A DNA stretch of 26,696 nucleotides, taken from NCBI GenBank assembly GCA_027340875.1, contig DAIENX010000094.1, forward strand, positions 1 through 26,696, written 5' to 3'. The notes beneath the pieces are model-generated. The model had not been told where the DNA came from. It did no database searches and was given only the letters and a program-made list of their open reading frames with translations. A program made the translations under genes and the position numbers. The DNA comes from Elusimicrobiota bacterium. Its GTDB lineage: Bacteria > Elusimicrobiota > Elusimicrobia > Elusimicrobiales > UBA9959. This document shows, one piece after another, positions 7,288 through 16,317 of the stretch. Numbering within the stretch: position 1 is the first letter of the stretch; each line of letters begins with the position of its first letter.

Positions 7288-8325
7288 CTAGGCCTGCGGA
7301 TGGGCGAACTGGTAGTCCATCACCTTCAGCGCGAGTATACGCTTCTCCATGGGCGGATGCGTGGCCAGCAGGTCCGCCGTCAGTCCCATCCTCTCCTCTA
7401 TCAGGCTGCCGCGCGGATCGGTGATGCACATATGCGCCACGCCGTTGTTGATGGCGTGGGTGGGCATGACCGCGGCGCGGATCTTCTCCAGCGCGGAGAT
7501 AAGGGCCTTCGGGTTGCGGGTCAGCTCGGCGCTGCCGGCGTCGGCCAGGTATTCGCGCTGGCGCGAGATGGCCATGGCCAGCATGCGGGAGATGATGGGC
7601 GCAAGGACGACCAGCACCACCCACAGCACGAAGAGGAGCAGGACGGCGGCGCCGCCGCCGCGCCTGTCGGAGGAGCCGCGGGACGACGAGCCGCGCCCGC
7701 CGAAGCGCATGCTGCGGCCGGCGAAGTCGGAAAGCAGGGCGACCGCGCCCATCAGCGCGGCGCACACCGTCATCAGGCGGATGTCGAAGTTGCGTATATG
7801 GGACATCTCATGCCCCACGACCCCCTGCAGCTCCTCGCGGTTGAGGGAGCCGAGCAGCCCCTCGGTAACTGCGATCACCGAGTTCTCCGGGCTGGTGCCG
7901 GTGGCGAAGGCGTTCAGGTCCGGGTCGGGGATAACGTAGGCGGTCGGCGCCGGCAGGCCGGCGGCCGTGGCCATCTCAGAGACCACGTTCATGAACTGCC
8001 GCTCCTTGTCGTTATCGCCGGTCGCCCGACGGGCCATGGTGGAGCGGAGCACCATGCGGGGGCCGTTGAAATAGCTGTTGACGGTCATCCCCGCGCCGAA
8101 CAGCAGCGCGATGATGGTGCCGAAGGGGATGGAGGACGCCCCCGCCGGGCGCTTCGCCTCGTAGAAACCCTCCGAGTTCATAACTACGTCGGAATCCGCG
8201 GCCGGGCGGAAGTTGAGGTAGAAATAGTCGAACCCCAGGCCCAGGAACAGGAAAAAAGCGATGAAACCGCCCATGATGAGGGCTGTCATTCTCCTGTTGG
8301 AGTCCTGCTGTTCGAGGATGTTCAT
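7288..8325 (-). CDS. htpX: M48 family zinc metalloprotease, HtpX-like
   Basis: NAFATG, HEMSH zinc motif, SRQREYLADA, ATHPP and several TM segments; follows lemA. Confidence 0.92.
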   Translation of the reverse strand: MNILEQQDSNRRMTALIMGGFIAFFLFLGLGFDYFYLNFRPAADSDVVMNSEGFYEAKRPAGASSIPFGTIIALLFGAGMTVNSYFNGPRMVLRSTMARRATGDNDKERQFMNVVSEMATAAGLPAPTAYVIPDPDLNAFATGTSPENSVIAVTEGLLGSLNREELQGVVGHEMSHIRNFDIRLMTVCAALMGAVALLSDFAGRSMRFGGRGSSSRGSSDRRGGGAAVLLLFVLWVVLVVLAPIISRMLAMAISRQREYLADAGSAELTRNPKALISALEKIRAAVMPTHAINNGVAHMCITDPRGSLIEERMGLTADLLATHPPMEKRILALKVMDYQFAHPQA

Positions 8326-8390
8326 GCTCCGGACGGACGGCCTCTCCCCCCTCCGGAGGCGGAAGAGGCCGCGGATCGCCGCCTAGCGGC

Positions 8391-8954
8391 TCAGATGCTC
8401 AGATTGACCTTGGGGTTCTCGCGCTCCGGGGAATCGGAGGGCAGTTCCCACAGGGTCGACGGGGAGAAGCCGAGCACCGACGCGAACAGGTTGGTCGGGA
8501 ACACCTGCTGCGCGGTGTTGAACTTCGTCACGACGTCGTTGTAGAACTGGCGGGAGAAGCCGATCTGGTTCTCGGTGTGCGTGAGTTCCTCCATCAGCTG
8601 CTTCACGTTGTCGTTGGATTTGAGGTTGGGATAGTTCTCGGACAGCGCGAACAGCCTGCCCAGCGCCTGGGTCAGCTGGCCTTCCTTGGCCAGGATCTCG
8701 TTCATGTTGCCGCCCTGGCCGGCCGAGACGGCGGCCGCGCGGGCCTGGACGACGCGCTCGAGGGTCTCCTTCTCGAACTTCATCTCGCCCTTCACGGATT
8801 CCACGAGGTTCGGGATCAGGTCGTGGCGCCGCTTGAGCTGCACGTCGATCTGGCGGAAAGCGTTGGCCACCTGGTTGCGCAGCTTGACCAGGCCGTTGAA
8901 CGTCATGACCAGCCACGCGCCCAGGACCAGAAGTACTATTACCAGTAATGTCAT
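8391..8954 (-). CDS. lemA: LemA family protein
   Basis: N-terminal TM, IDVQLKRRHDLIPNLV, ENYPNLK, RQFYN and FPTNL; GGAGG SD. Confidence 0.96.
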   Translation of the reverse strand: MTLLVIVLLVLGAWLVMTFNGLVKLRNQVANAFRQIDVQLKRRHDLIPNLVESVKGEMKFEKETLERVVQARAAAVSAGQGGNMNEILAKEGQLTQALGRLFALSENYPNLKSNDNVKQLMEELTHTENQIGFSRQFYNDVVTKFNTAQQVFPTNLFASVLGFSPSTLWELPSDSPERENPKVNLSI

Positions 8955-8970
8955 GCTGATTTCCTCCGTA

Positions 8971-10014
8971 TCACCGCTTCGTGAGAATCTCGCAGCCGTT
9001 GCCGGTCACGAGCACAGAATCCTCTATCCGCACGCCGAACTTGCCGGGCAGGTAGATGCCCGGCTCCACCGTCACGGCCATGCCGGCGCGCAGGGACGCG
9101 CTGACCCTGGTGTTGAGCCTGGGGAACTCGTGTATCTCCAGGCCTATGCCGTGGCCGGTGCCGTGGATGAAGTACTGCCCGTAGCCGGCGTCGGAGATGA
9201 CGTCGCGGCAGGCCTTGTCCACCATCATGGAGTTGACTCCGGACCTCACCTTGGCCAGGCCGGCCTTCTGGGAGGCCTCCACGATGGAATAGACCTTGCG
9301 GAACTCCGCCGTGGGCTTGCCGTGGAAGTAGGTGCGGGTTATGTCGGAGCAGTAGTGATTGTAGACGCAGCCGTAGTCCAGCAGCACGGCCTCGTTGTTC
9401 TTCAGCCTGCGCTCTGAAGTGATATGGTGCGGCAGGGCGGAATGAGGCCCGAAACCGACTATCAGGTTGAAAGAAGGCCCCTTGGCGCCCATCGACTGCA
9501 TGACGTCCTCGAGCTCGCGGTAGACGGAGAGCTCGGTGCGGCCGGTCCTGATGCGGGGCTTGACGATGCCGAAGGCCTTCGCCGCTATGCGGCAGGACTT
9601 GCGCAGGTCCGAGACCTCTTCTCCCTCCTTTATCGCGCGCAGCGAGCCCAGCAGCCCGCCCTTCTCGGAAAAGCCGTTCTTGCGCCACAGTGTGCCGCGG
9701 TTGTAGGTCTCGAACTCCGGATCGAAGGCGGTCCTGCGCAGCTTGTATTTTTTGCAGAGGTCGAGCACGGCCTGCTCGAAGCCGTCTTCCGGCACCACGG
9801 GCTCCACGAAAGGCGCCCGCGCCTTGATATCCTCTACGAACATCCTGGGGGCCACGGCCCATGCCGCGGTCCGCGAGACCAGCAGCAGGTAATCGTCCAT
9901 GTGATAACCGGTAAGGAAGCCTATGTCGAGGTTGCGCGTCACGACCAGCGCGTCCAGCTTCTCCCTCTTCAGCAGTCCCTGCAGGTCCTTGATCCGTTTG
10001 GAGTGTATGTTCAT
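8971..10014 (-). CDS. Xaa-Pro aminopeptidase/dipeptidase (M24B)
   Basis: Creatinase-like N-domain, ALPHH, LLDYG…YCSDITRT, HGTGHGIGLEIHE.P, TVEPGIY and GVRIED. Confidence 0.95.
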   Translation of the reverse strand: MNIHSKRIKDLQGLLKREKLDALVVTRNLDIGFLTGYHMDDYLLLVSRTAAWAVAPRMFVEDIKARAPFVEPVVPEDGFEQAVLDLCKKYKLRRTAFDPEFETYNRGTLWRKNGFSEKGGLLGSLRAIKEGEEVSDLRKSCRIAAKAFGIVKPRIRTGRTELSVYRELEDVMQSMGAKGPSFNLIVGFGPHSALPHHITSERRLKNNEAVLLDYGCVYNHYCSDITRTYFHGKPTAEFRKVYSIVEASQKAGLAKVRSGVNSMMVDKACRDVISDAGYGQYFIHGTGHGIGLEIHEFPRLNTRVSASLRAGMAVTVEPGIYLPGKFGVRIEDSVLVTGNGCEILTKR

Positions 10015-10083
10015 GGTAGCCCCGTTGCGCCGCGCCTTGCAGGCACGGCCGAAGATCCCGGCCTAGGCCGGTCCAGAAGAGTA

Positions 10084-10089
10084 ATTATA
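10084..10089 (-). promoter_or_regulatory. Candidate -10 element for the peptidase-lemA-htpX-efp run
   Basis: Perfect TATAAT in an AT-rich patch 69 nt upstream of the ATG. Confidence 0.5.
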
Positions 10090-10103
10090 CTACTTTGTAT
10101 TTA

Positions 10104-10829
10104 TCAGCGGTAGCGGAAGGTGGAGAGCCCCGCCTTGTTCAGCAGGAATTCGCCGGCCGCGAGCAGGGTCTCGAGGCCGTAACCGACCCCGCCGGCGAAA
10201 CCTATGGAGGAGGCCTCCGGGAAATACCGGGCAGGCACCGGGACGTCGCCTATGCGCAGCCCTCTGAAGGCGGCCTGGAACAGCAGTTGGGAATCGAAAG
10301 CGAATCCGTCCGAGTTGCGGTCCCAGGGGATGCCGGACAGGGCGGCCCCGGAATAGGCCCGCAGGCCGCTGTGCCACTCCCCGAGGTTCTGACCCGCGGC
10401 CAGGTTCTCCAGCACGGTCAGGAACCGGTTGGCGAGGTACTTGTATACCGGCATGCCGCCGGAAAGGGCTTCGGCCCTGGTCCGGATGCGGTTGCCCAGG
10501 ACGACGTCGCAGATGCCGGCCTCGATTATGCCGGTCATGAACGGGATAACGCGGGGATCGTACTGGTAGTCCGGGTGCAGCATCACCACTACCCCGGCGC
10601 CGAGCTCCCGCGCCCAGGAGTAGCAGGTCTTCTGGTTGGCGCCGTAGCCGCGGTTGGACGTATGGCGCCTGGCCTTGAGGCCCAGCCGCAGGGCCAGCTC
10701 ATAGGTGCCGTCGGAGGAGAAGTCGTCCACCAGCAGTATCTCGTCGAAAGCCCCGCGCGGCAGGGAAGCGACCGTGGCCTCCAGCGTGCGGGAGGCGTTA
10801 TAGGCCGGCAGCACCACAACCTTCTTCAT
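10104..10829 (-). CDS. Glycosyltransferase family 2 (DPM1/DPG synthase-like)
   Basis: True start MKKVVVLPAYNA at 10829 (ATGA overlap with rsmA). LVDDFSSDGT, NRGYGANQK, HPDYQY and F.FD motifs. Confidence 0.92.
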   Translation of the reverse strand: MKKVVVLPAYNASRTLEATVASLPRGAFDEILLVDDFSSDGTYELALRLGLKARRHTSNRGYGANQKTCYSWARELGAGVVVMLHPDYQYDPRVIPFMTGIIEAGICDVVLGNRIRTRAEALSGGMPVYKYLANRFLTVLENLAAGQNLGEWHSGLRAYSGAALSGIPWDRNSDGFAFDSQLLFQAAFRGLRIGDVPVPARYFPEASSIGFAGGVGYGLETLLAAGEFLLNKAGLSTFRYR

Positions 10830-11593
10830 GCCACCCCCGGCTGGGCCGCCAGAGCCGAGAACTGCTCGAGGGACAGCTCCTGCGCCCTGGCGGTAGGCTT
10901 CAGCCCCAGGCGCTCCAGCGCGGCGGCGGCCGCCGTCTTGTCCGCCCCGCAAAGAGCCAGTGAATTGACCAGCGTCTTCCGGCGGTGGGCGAAGGCCTTC
11001 TTGACCAGCGCGCGGAACGCGGCCTCGCGCTCCGGAGAATCGAAGAAAGGCCGGGGCCGGAACAGCAGGACGGAGGAGTCCACGGCGGGCACCGGCCGGA
11101 AGCTGCCCGCCTTGACGTCGAGCAGCAGTTCGGCCGACGCCCTGGCCGCGGTGAACAGGGCCAGCACGCCGTAGTCCGCGTCGCCAGGCCTGGCCGTGGC
11201 GCGGCGGGCCACCTCCTTCTGGAACATGAAAGAGGCCGCCGCAAGCCTGCCGAAGGCGAGGACCTTGTCGAGTATGGCGGTGGAGCATTCGTAAGGCAGG
11301 TTGCCGATGAAGGCCGCGGTGCCGGGGCCGGCCAGCTCGGCGGGGTCCGTCTCCAGGAAATCCCTGTTCACCACCTCGAGGCCCTGAAAGCGGGACCTGA
11401 GGGCTGGGACCAGGGAGGGATCTATCTCGACGGCCTTCATGCGGGAGCCGTACTTCGGGAAAAGGAACTCGGTGAGGGCGCCGCCGCCCGGGCCTATCTC
11501 CACGAGAGCGTCGAAGGAGAACGCGTCGAGCGAGGACGCTATGCGCCCGCAGATCCCCTTGTCCACCAGGAATACCTGGCTGTATTTCGGCAT
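10826..11593 (-). CDS. rsmA: 16S rRNA m6,6A dimethyltransferase RsmA/KsgA
   Basis: Q.FL.D, EIGPG.G.LT, VEID, GNLPY, MFQKEVA, F.PVP.VDS and RRKTL.N motifs. Confidence 0.96.
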   Translation of the reverse strand: MPKYSQVFLVDKGICGRIASSLDAFSFDALVEIGPGGGALTEFLFPKYGSRMKAVEIDPSLVPALRSRFQGLEVVNRDFLETDPAELAGPGTAAFIGNLPYECSTAILDKVLAFGRLAAASFMFQKEVARRATARPGDADYGVLALFTAARASAELLLDVKAGSFRPVPAVDSSVLLFRPRPFFDSPEREAAFRALVKKAFAHRRKTLVNSLALCGADKTAAAAALERLGLKPTARAQELSLEQFSALAAQPGVA

Positions 11594-11609
11594 AGCTTGC
11601 GGTCCCCGG

Positions 11610-12995
11610 CTAGCTGAGCATCTCCAGCCTGAGCTTCATCTCCTCTCCGGTCTTCCAGACGTCCCCGGCCCCCAGCGTCATCAGCACGTCGCCGGGCCTG
11701 AGCTCCTTAACCGCCGCCAGCACGCCGGGAAACTCCGACGCGGGCGCGCCGTTCCTGCGCAGCTGGCGCAGGATCAGGCCGGAATCAACTCCGGGCAGCG
11801 GCTTCTCGCCGGCCGCGTAGACCGGCGCTACGTAGATCCTGTCGGCGGCCCCGAAGGCCCGGCCGAACTCGCGGTAGAGCAGCGAGGTGCGGCTGTAGCG
11901 GTGGGGCTGGAAGAGCACCACGAGGCGCCTGCCGGGGAACAGCCCGCGGGCCGCCGCCAGCGTGGCCTTTATCTCCGTCGGATGGTGGCCGTAGTCGTCC
12001 ACGAAGTCCACGCCGGCCGCGGAACCGTGCCTGTCCATGCGGCGCTTCACCCCCGAGAAGTTCCAGAGCCCCTCGGCGAGGCGCTCGAACGGGAAGCCGA
12101 GATAGCTGCCGGCGGCCAGGGCCAGCAAGGAGTTGCGCACGTTGTGCACGCCGCCGCTGCGCAGCTTCACGCGCCCCTTCCGGCGGCCGCGGAAATAGGC
12201 GCGGTAGGAGGAGCCCTCTTCCCCGAACGAGACGTCGCGGGCCTGCCAGTCCGCCCCCCGGCCGGTGCCGCAGGTGACGTACGGCGTCCGCAGCGAGGGC
12301 AGGAGCTCCCTTATTACCGGATCATCGCTGCACAGCACCGCCTGGCCGTAGAAAGGCAGCTTCGAGAGGTGGCGCAGGAAAGCCCGCTTAAGGCTGGACA
12401 TGCTGCCGTAATGGTCCAGGTGGTCCGAATCGATGTTCGTAACGCAGGAGACGAGCGGAGAGAAGTAAAGGAACGAGCCGTCCGATTCGTCGGCCTCGGC
12501 CACCAGGTACTGGCCGCCGCCGAGCTTGATGTTGGAGCCGGCCCCCTTGATGATCCCGCCGACCACCGCGGTGGCGTCCGCCCCGGCCGCCTCCAGGGCC
12601 GCGGCCGTCATGGAGGTGGTAGTGGTCTTGCCGTGCGTGCCGGCTATGGTCACCGTCTTCTTCAGTCCCGCGAGCGCGGAGAGCATCAGCGCTCTCCTGA
12701 CCACAGGAAGGCCGCGCCGGAAAGCGGCGCGCAGCTCGGGGTTGTCCGGGCCCACCGCGGAGCTGACCACGACCACGTCGGGCGAACCTACGGCGGAAGC
12801 GGAGTGCCCCTCGTGTATGCGGGCGCCCTCGCGGGCGAGCGCGCGGGTTATCTCGGAGGCTTTCGAGTCGGACCCGGTCACATTGTAGCCAAGTCCCAGC
12901 ATCAGCCTGGCTATGCCGCTCATGCCTATCCCGCCGATGCCGATGAAATGCGCGCTCCTGACGGACCGCAGGTCCAGGTCTTCGGTGTAGTTCAT
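11610..12995 (-). CDS. murC: UDP-N-acetylmuramate--L-alanine ligase
   Basis: HFIGIGGIGMSG, AGTHGKTTT, EADESDGSF, DHLD.Y, DDYGHHPTE, FQPHRYSRT and GAGD motifs. Start placed at 12995 (GAGG SD, ATGA overlap with the upstream gene). Confidence 0.97.
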   Translation of the reverse strand: MNYTEDLDLRSVRSAHFIGIGGIGMSGIARLMLGLGYNVTGSDSKASEITRALAREGARIHEGHSASAVGSPDVVVVSSAVGPDNPELRAAFRRGLPVVRRALMLSALAGLKKTVTIAGTHGKTTTTSMTAAALEAAGADATAVVGGIIKGAGSNIKLGGGQYLVAEADESDGSFLYFSPLVSCVTNIDSDHLDHYGSMSSLKRAFLRHLSKLPFYGQAVLCSDDPVIRELLPSLRTPYVTCGTGRGADWQARDVSFGEEGSSYRAYFRGRRKGRVKLRSGGVHNVRNSLLALAAGSYLGFPFERLAEGLWNFSGVKRRMDRHGSAAGVDFVDDYGHHPTEIKATLAAARGLFPGRRLVVLFQPHRYSRTSLLYREFGRAFGAADRIYVAPVYAAGEKPLPGVDSGLILRQLRRNGAPASEFPGVLAAVKELRPGDVLMTLGAGDVWKTGEEMKLRLEMLS

Positions 12996-13546
12996 TCGTC
13001 GTTCCTCATCATGCATGCCTTGGCGTCGAGCCAGGCCTCGGAATCCCTTACCGCCTCGGCCCAGCCCTCTTCGGAGAGTTCCACGCTGAGAGAGCCCTCC
13101 ATCTTCCGGAAGGCCTCCTCGAAGACGGCGGCGCCGCGCCTGAAGAAGACCAGGCAGGGCGCGCCGGAGAAGAGCAACTCCACGCAGCGGGCGCTGAATC
13201 GCTCCGACTTCATCGCCATAGGGCCCAGTTCGTCGAAATAGAGTATCTTGCCTGCGGCGGCCGCCGCTTCCAGGGCAGGCAGCGCGGTGCGCTCCAGCGC
13301 GCCGAGGTCCAGCGCGTACTTGTTGAATGAGACGGGCGAGACCAGCTCCCTGGAGGCGAAGAGGGCTTTTTCCCCGCCCAGCGCCTCCACCTCGAAGCCG
13401 CCCCTCTTGCCGGCGGACCTGAGCTCCAGCGTGCGGAAGCCTCCAAGCCAGCGGCCGTAGGCGGAGCAGAGGCGCGAGGAGAGGCGCTCCTTGAGAACGC
13501 AGTCGTTGAAGGCGATGAACAGGCGCCCGGCCGCAGCCGGCATCAT
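12992..13546 (-). CDS. THEP1/NTPase_1-like protein with degenerate Walker A
   Basis: GGF.T.E.R..G.R.GF, KY..D…LE and Walker B YFDELGPM match the THEP1 family. ATGA overlaps at both ends. Confidence 0.8.
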   Translation of the reverse strand: MMPAAAGRLFIAFNDCVLKERLSSRLCSAYGRWLGGFRTLELRSAGKRGGFEVEALGGEKALFASRELVSPVSFNKYALDLGALERTALPALEAAAAAGKILYFDELGPMAMKSERFSARCVELLFSGAPCLVFFRRGAAVFEEAFRKMEGSLSVELSEEGWAEAVRDSEAWLDAKACMMRNDE

Positions 13547-15150
13547 TTGCCCCCCAGCCAGGCCTTGTTGGCCAGCGCGGTCTTGTTGTTGGGGTCTATG
13601 CGCAGCGCCTCCAGGCATTCGGAAAGGGCCTTGGCCGGGTCGCCGGCCTCCACCCACGCGGCGGAGCGGCCGAGCGCGGCCCGGGACCCGCCGCCGGAGA
13701 ACTGCTCCAGCGCCTGCGAAGGCTCGCCGAGCAGAAGATATCCCACGCCCTGGATAAGCCGCGGCCCCTGTCCTTTCTCTCCCGAAGCCTCTATCTCGTC
13801 CACGGCCTCCGCGGCGTTGTCCAGCCAGTTGTCGCCCATCACCCAGAGCCCCATGTCGTTGCCCACGTCGCGGGGCCTGTACAGCGCCTTGGCCTCGGGC
13901 TTCTTCTCCTGTACCGGAGGGGCCGAGGTGTCGATATTGAAATTGAGCCTGGTGTCCCCGCTCTTCGCGGAGTCCTTGAACAGGGAATCGGTTTCCGCGG
14001 CTATCTCCGCCACCCTCTTTTCCCGCTCCTCAGCGGATGCCGCGGGCAGGAAGTACTCGCGCTTGGTATAGTTGACTTTCGGCATCCGGAACGCGGACTT
14101 GAGCCGCCCGGACAGTTTCTCCCCCTCGGCGGCGGGCTGCAGGGAGGCTTTCGGGGTCTGCAGAAGCTCCACCACGGCCCTCGCCTCCTGGTTGGGCGGT
14201 ATGCGCGAGAGGGCCGAGGCCAGCGGACTCTGCGGCTCCTTCTTCCCGGCGGAAGCCGGCGGCCTGCCGGAATACGCCATCGTCATGGAGATCCCGCCCT
14301 TCTCGTTGGCCGGCGCCAGCAGGAAGGCCTCCTCTATGCCCTGCAGCGCCTCCTCGCGCCTGCCGGACTTGTAAAGGGCCCAGGCCAGCCTGAACCTGGC
14401 CACGGAGTCGCGCGGCTTGACCTTCAGCGCCCGCTTGTACAGCCTGACCGCCTCAGGGTTGCGCCCTTCGCGCTCGCGGAGCACCGCGAGCTCGAGAAGC
14501 GCGTCCTCGTAGCCCGGGAAAAGGGAGACGGCCTTATCCAACTGCTCGGCGGCCTCTCTGTTGCGGCCGGAGCGGGAGTAGAAGAGACCGAGCTGGTAGC
14601 GGTAGAGCGGGTTGTCCGGATCGGCGGAGACGGCCGCGCGGAAATAATCCAGCGCCTTGTCGTGCCGTCCCAGCGCCTGGTAGACGGAGCCGGCGTTCAT
14701 CTTGACGTCGGGCCTCTCCGGGGAGAGCTTTTCCGCGGCCAGGAAATCCGAAAGAGCCTGCTCGTACTGGCCGGAGCGGGCGCGCACTATCCCCCGCAGC
14801 TGCAGGGCCATGGAGTTCTTCGGGTCCAGCTTCAGCGCCGCCTCGAACTCGTCCAGGGCCTTGTCCGGCTCGCCCAACCAGTAAAGGGCCGAGCCGTACA
14901 GCAGCCTGGGCCAGGGGCTGGAAGGGTCCTTCTGCGCGGCCTTGAAGAACTCGTCGGCGGCGGCGCCGTAGTCCTGATCCCCCATCATCGCGTAGCCCCG
15001 GCGCAGGTTTATCGCGCTCTGGTCCTGCATGATGCGGTCCCAGACGGTGGGATAGCCGGCCGGGGCGGTATCCGCCCGCGCGCAGGACGGTAAGAGAGAA
15101 AGGACCCCCGCCAGCAGGAGGGACAGCGGTTTGGCGCGCCGGGTGGTCAT
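13543..15150 (-). CDS. Exported tetratricopeptide-repeat protein
   Basis: N-terminal signal peptide, about 7 TPR-like repeats (A…G..D.A…F..A…DP.N), a non-TPR middle region and a C-terminal TPR pair. Confidence 0.85.
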   Translation of the reverse strand: MTTRRAKPLSLLLAGVLSLLPSCARADTAPAGYPTVWDRIMQDQSAINLRRGYAMMGDQDYGAAADEFFKAAQKDPSSPWPRLLYGSALYWLGEPDKALDEFEAALKLDPKNSMALQLRGIVRARSGQYEQALSDFLAAEKLSPERPDVKMNAGSVYQALGRHDKALDYFRAAVSADPDNPLYRYQLGLFYSRSGRNREAAEQLDKAVSLFPGYEDALLELAVLREREGRNPEAVRLYKRALKVKPRDSVARFRLAWALYKSGRREEALQGIEEAFLLAPANEKGGISMTMAYSGRPPASAGKKEPQSPLASALSRIPPNQEARAVVELLQTPKASLQPAAEGEKLSGRLKSAFRMPKVNYTKREYFLPAASAEEREKRVAEIAAETDSLFKDSAKSGDTRLNFNIDTSAPPVQEKKPEAKALYRPRDVGNDMGLWVMGDNWLDNAAEAVDEIEASGEKGQGPRLIQGVGYLLLGEPSQALEQFSGGGSRAALGRSAAWVEAGDPAKALSECLEALRIDPNNKTALANKAWLGGK

Positions 15151-15162
15151 GCGTGGCAGGGG

Positions 15163-16317
15163 CTACCTTGACCCGCCGACCTTTATCGGCCGCGGCGTGC
15201 TGAACTTTCCCTCGAAGCCGAGCAGGTCTATCAGCGCCACGCGCATGAAATAGTCGCCGGGAGGCAGCTTGGAGTTCAGGTCTATCTCGTCGAAGGCGTC
15301 GTAGGACCTGTCCAGCGCGAGGGAGGTGAACTCCCTGTTCTTCGAGACCTGCAGATGATAGCTCTGCACCGCGTTGCCGACCGAGATCATCTTGACTATC
15401 TCTCCGGCGTCTATCGCCTTGTCGTTGGCGTCGGGGACGGCCGGGCCCTTGCCCAGGTCCTTGGGGACCTCGGCGGTCACCTGTGCGGTCTTGACCGGCT
15501 TGCCCATGTTCAGCGAGACCACGCCCCCGGAAGCGGTAAGGCGCGTGCGGCTCTTGCCGGAGAAGCCGGCGGTAGCGGTTCCGTCGAGCTCCGGCAGCGG
15601 CGGCAGCTTCACCGGCTGCGAAGGAGGCATGTCCATCTTGACCTCGGAGGCGAAGCCCTCGGACACCTCCACCGTCTTGCCGTGGGCCTCGACGTTGGCC
15701 TTTCCCTTGTAGACCTGCACCACGGTGGTGAGGTCGTCGTTGATCTTGGCGCCGAACTCGGTGTCCTTGGTCTTCGGCGTGATCCTGGCGGAGGCGGTGA
15801 CCACGCGCGAGCGCAGGCCGCGCATCGAGCCGGCCATCAGGCGGACGTCGATGTCCTTGTCTCCGGGCGGGCGCAGCACGGCTATCGAGTTGGGATAGAG
15901 GTTCAGGATCTCTCCCGTGTAGAACTTCACGTCCGCGCGGGCGTCGACGCGCGTGCGTACCGTGTCGTTCTTGTAGAGGTCCATATCGGACGCGACGCTT
16001 TTCCAGTCAGAGAGTCCGCTGCGCCTGAAAAGGACCTCGTTGAGCACGTAGACGACCTTCGCCGCGCGGTACTCCTCCTTCAGCAGGTTCACCGGCACCT
16101 TCAGCGGCATGCCTGGCAGGGCTATGGACGGATCGGCCGCGGGGAGGCGGTTATACTTAAGCAGCTCGTTCCATCTCTTGGGGTCCTTGAGATAGGTGTT
16201 GGAGATGCTCCAGAGCGTGTCGCCAGGCTTGACGACGATGGTCTGCAGCTCCTCCGCGGCGGCTGCCGGCAAAGCGGGCCCCGTCAGCAGCAGCAGGCCC
16301 AGCAGGAACTTCCTCAT
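15163..16317 (-). CDS. Exported LysM + FecR-like domain protein
   Basis: Signal peptide; LysM (IVVKPGDTLWSIS…L..YN…PG..LKVP); FecR-like region (DTVRT…TEFG…VQVYKGKANV); FN3-like tail (YHLQVS…F…GDYFMRV…G.FS.P). Confidence 0.85.
   Translation of the reverse strand: MRKFLLGLLLLTGPALPAAAAEELQTIVVKPGDTLWSISNTYLKDPKRWNELLKYNRLPAADPSIALPGMPLKVPVNLLKEEYRAAKVVYVLNEVLFRRSGLSDWKSVASDMDLYKNDTVRTRVDARADVKFYTGEILNLYPNSIAVLRPPGDKDIDVRLMAGSMRGLRSRVVTASARITPKTKDTEFGAKINDDLTTVVQVYKGKANVEAHGKTVEVSEGFASEVKMDMPPSQPVKLPPLPELDGTATAGFSGKSRTRLTASGGVVSLNMGKPVKTAQVTAEVPKDLGKGPAVPDANDKAIDAGEIVKMISVGNAVQSYHLQVSKNREFTSLALDRSYDAFDEIDLNSKLPPGDYFMRVALIDLLGFEGKFSTPRPIKVGGSR

Noticed and set aside
7256..7765. 170-aa N-terminal extension of EF-P in the ORF track
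   Set aside because: It overlaps htpX in another frame. The SD and the family start point to ATG 7255.
10830..11288. N-terminal extension of the GT2 ORF
   Set aside because: It overlaps rsmA out of frame. The GT2 motif begins right at the coupled ATG 10829.
11439..13241. Long antisense ORFs (e.g. 600 aa here; also 2142-3332, 7243-8544, 22019-23983, 24896-26563)
   Set aside because: Each lies opposite a well-supported gene and has no recognisable motifs. Such stop-poor frames are expected at high GC.
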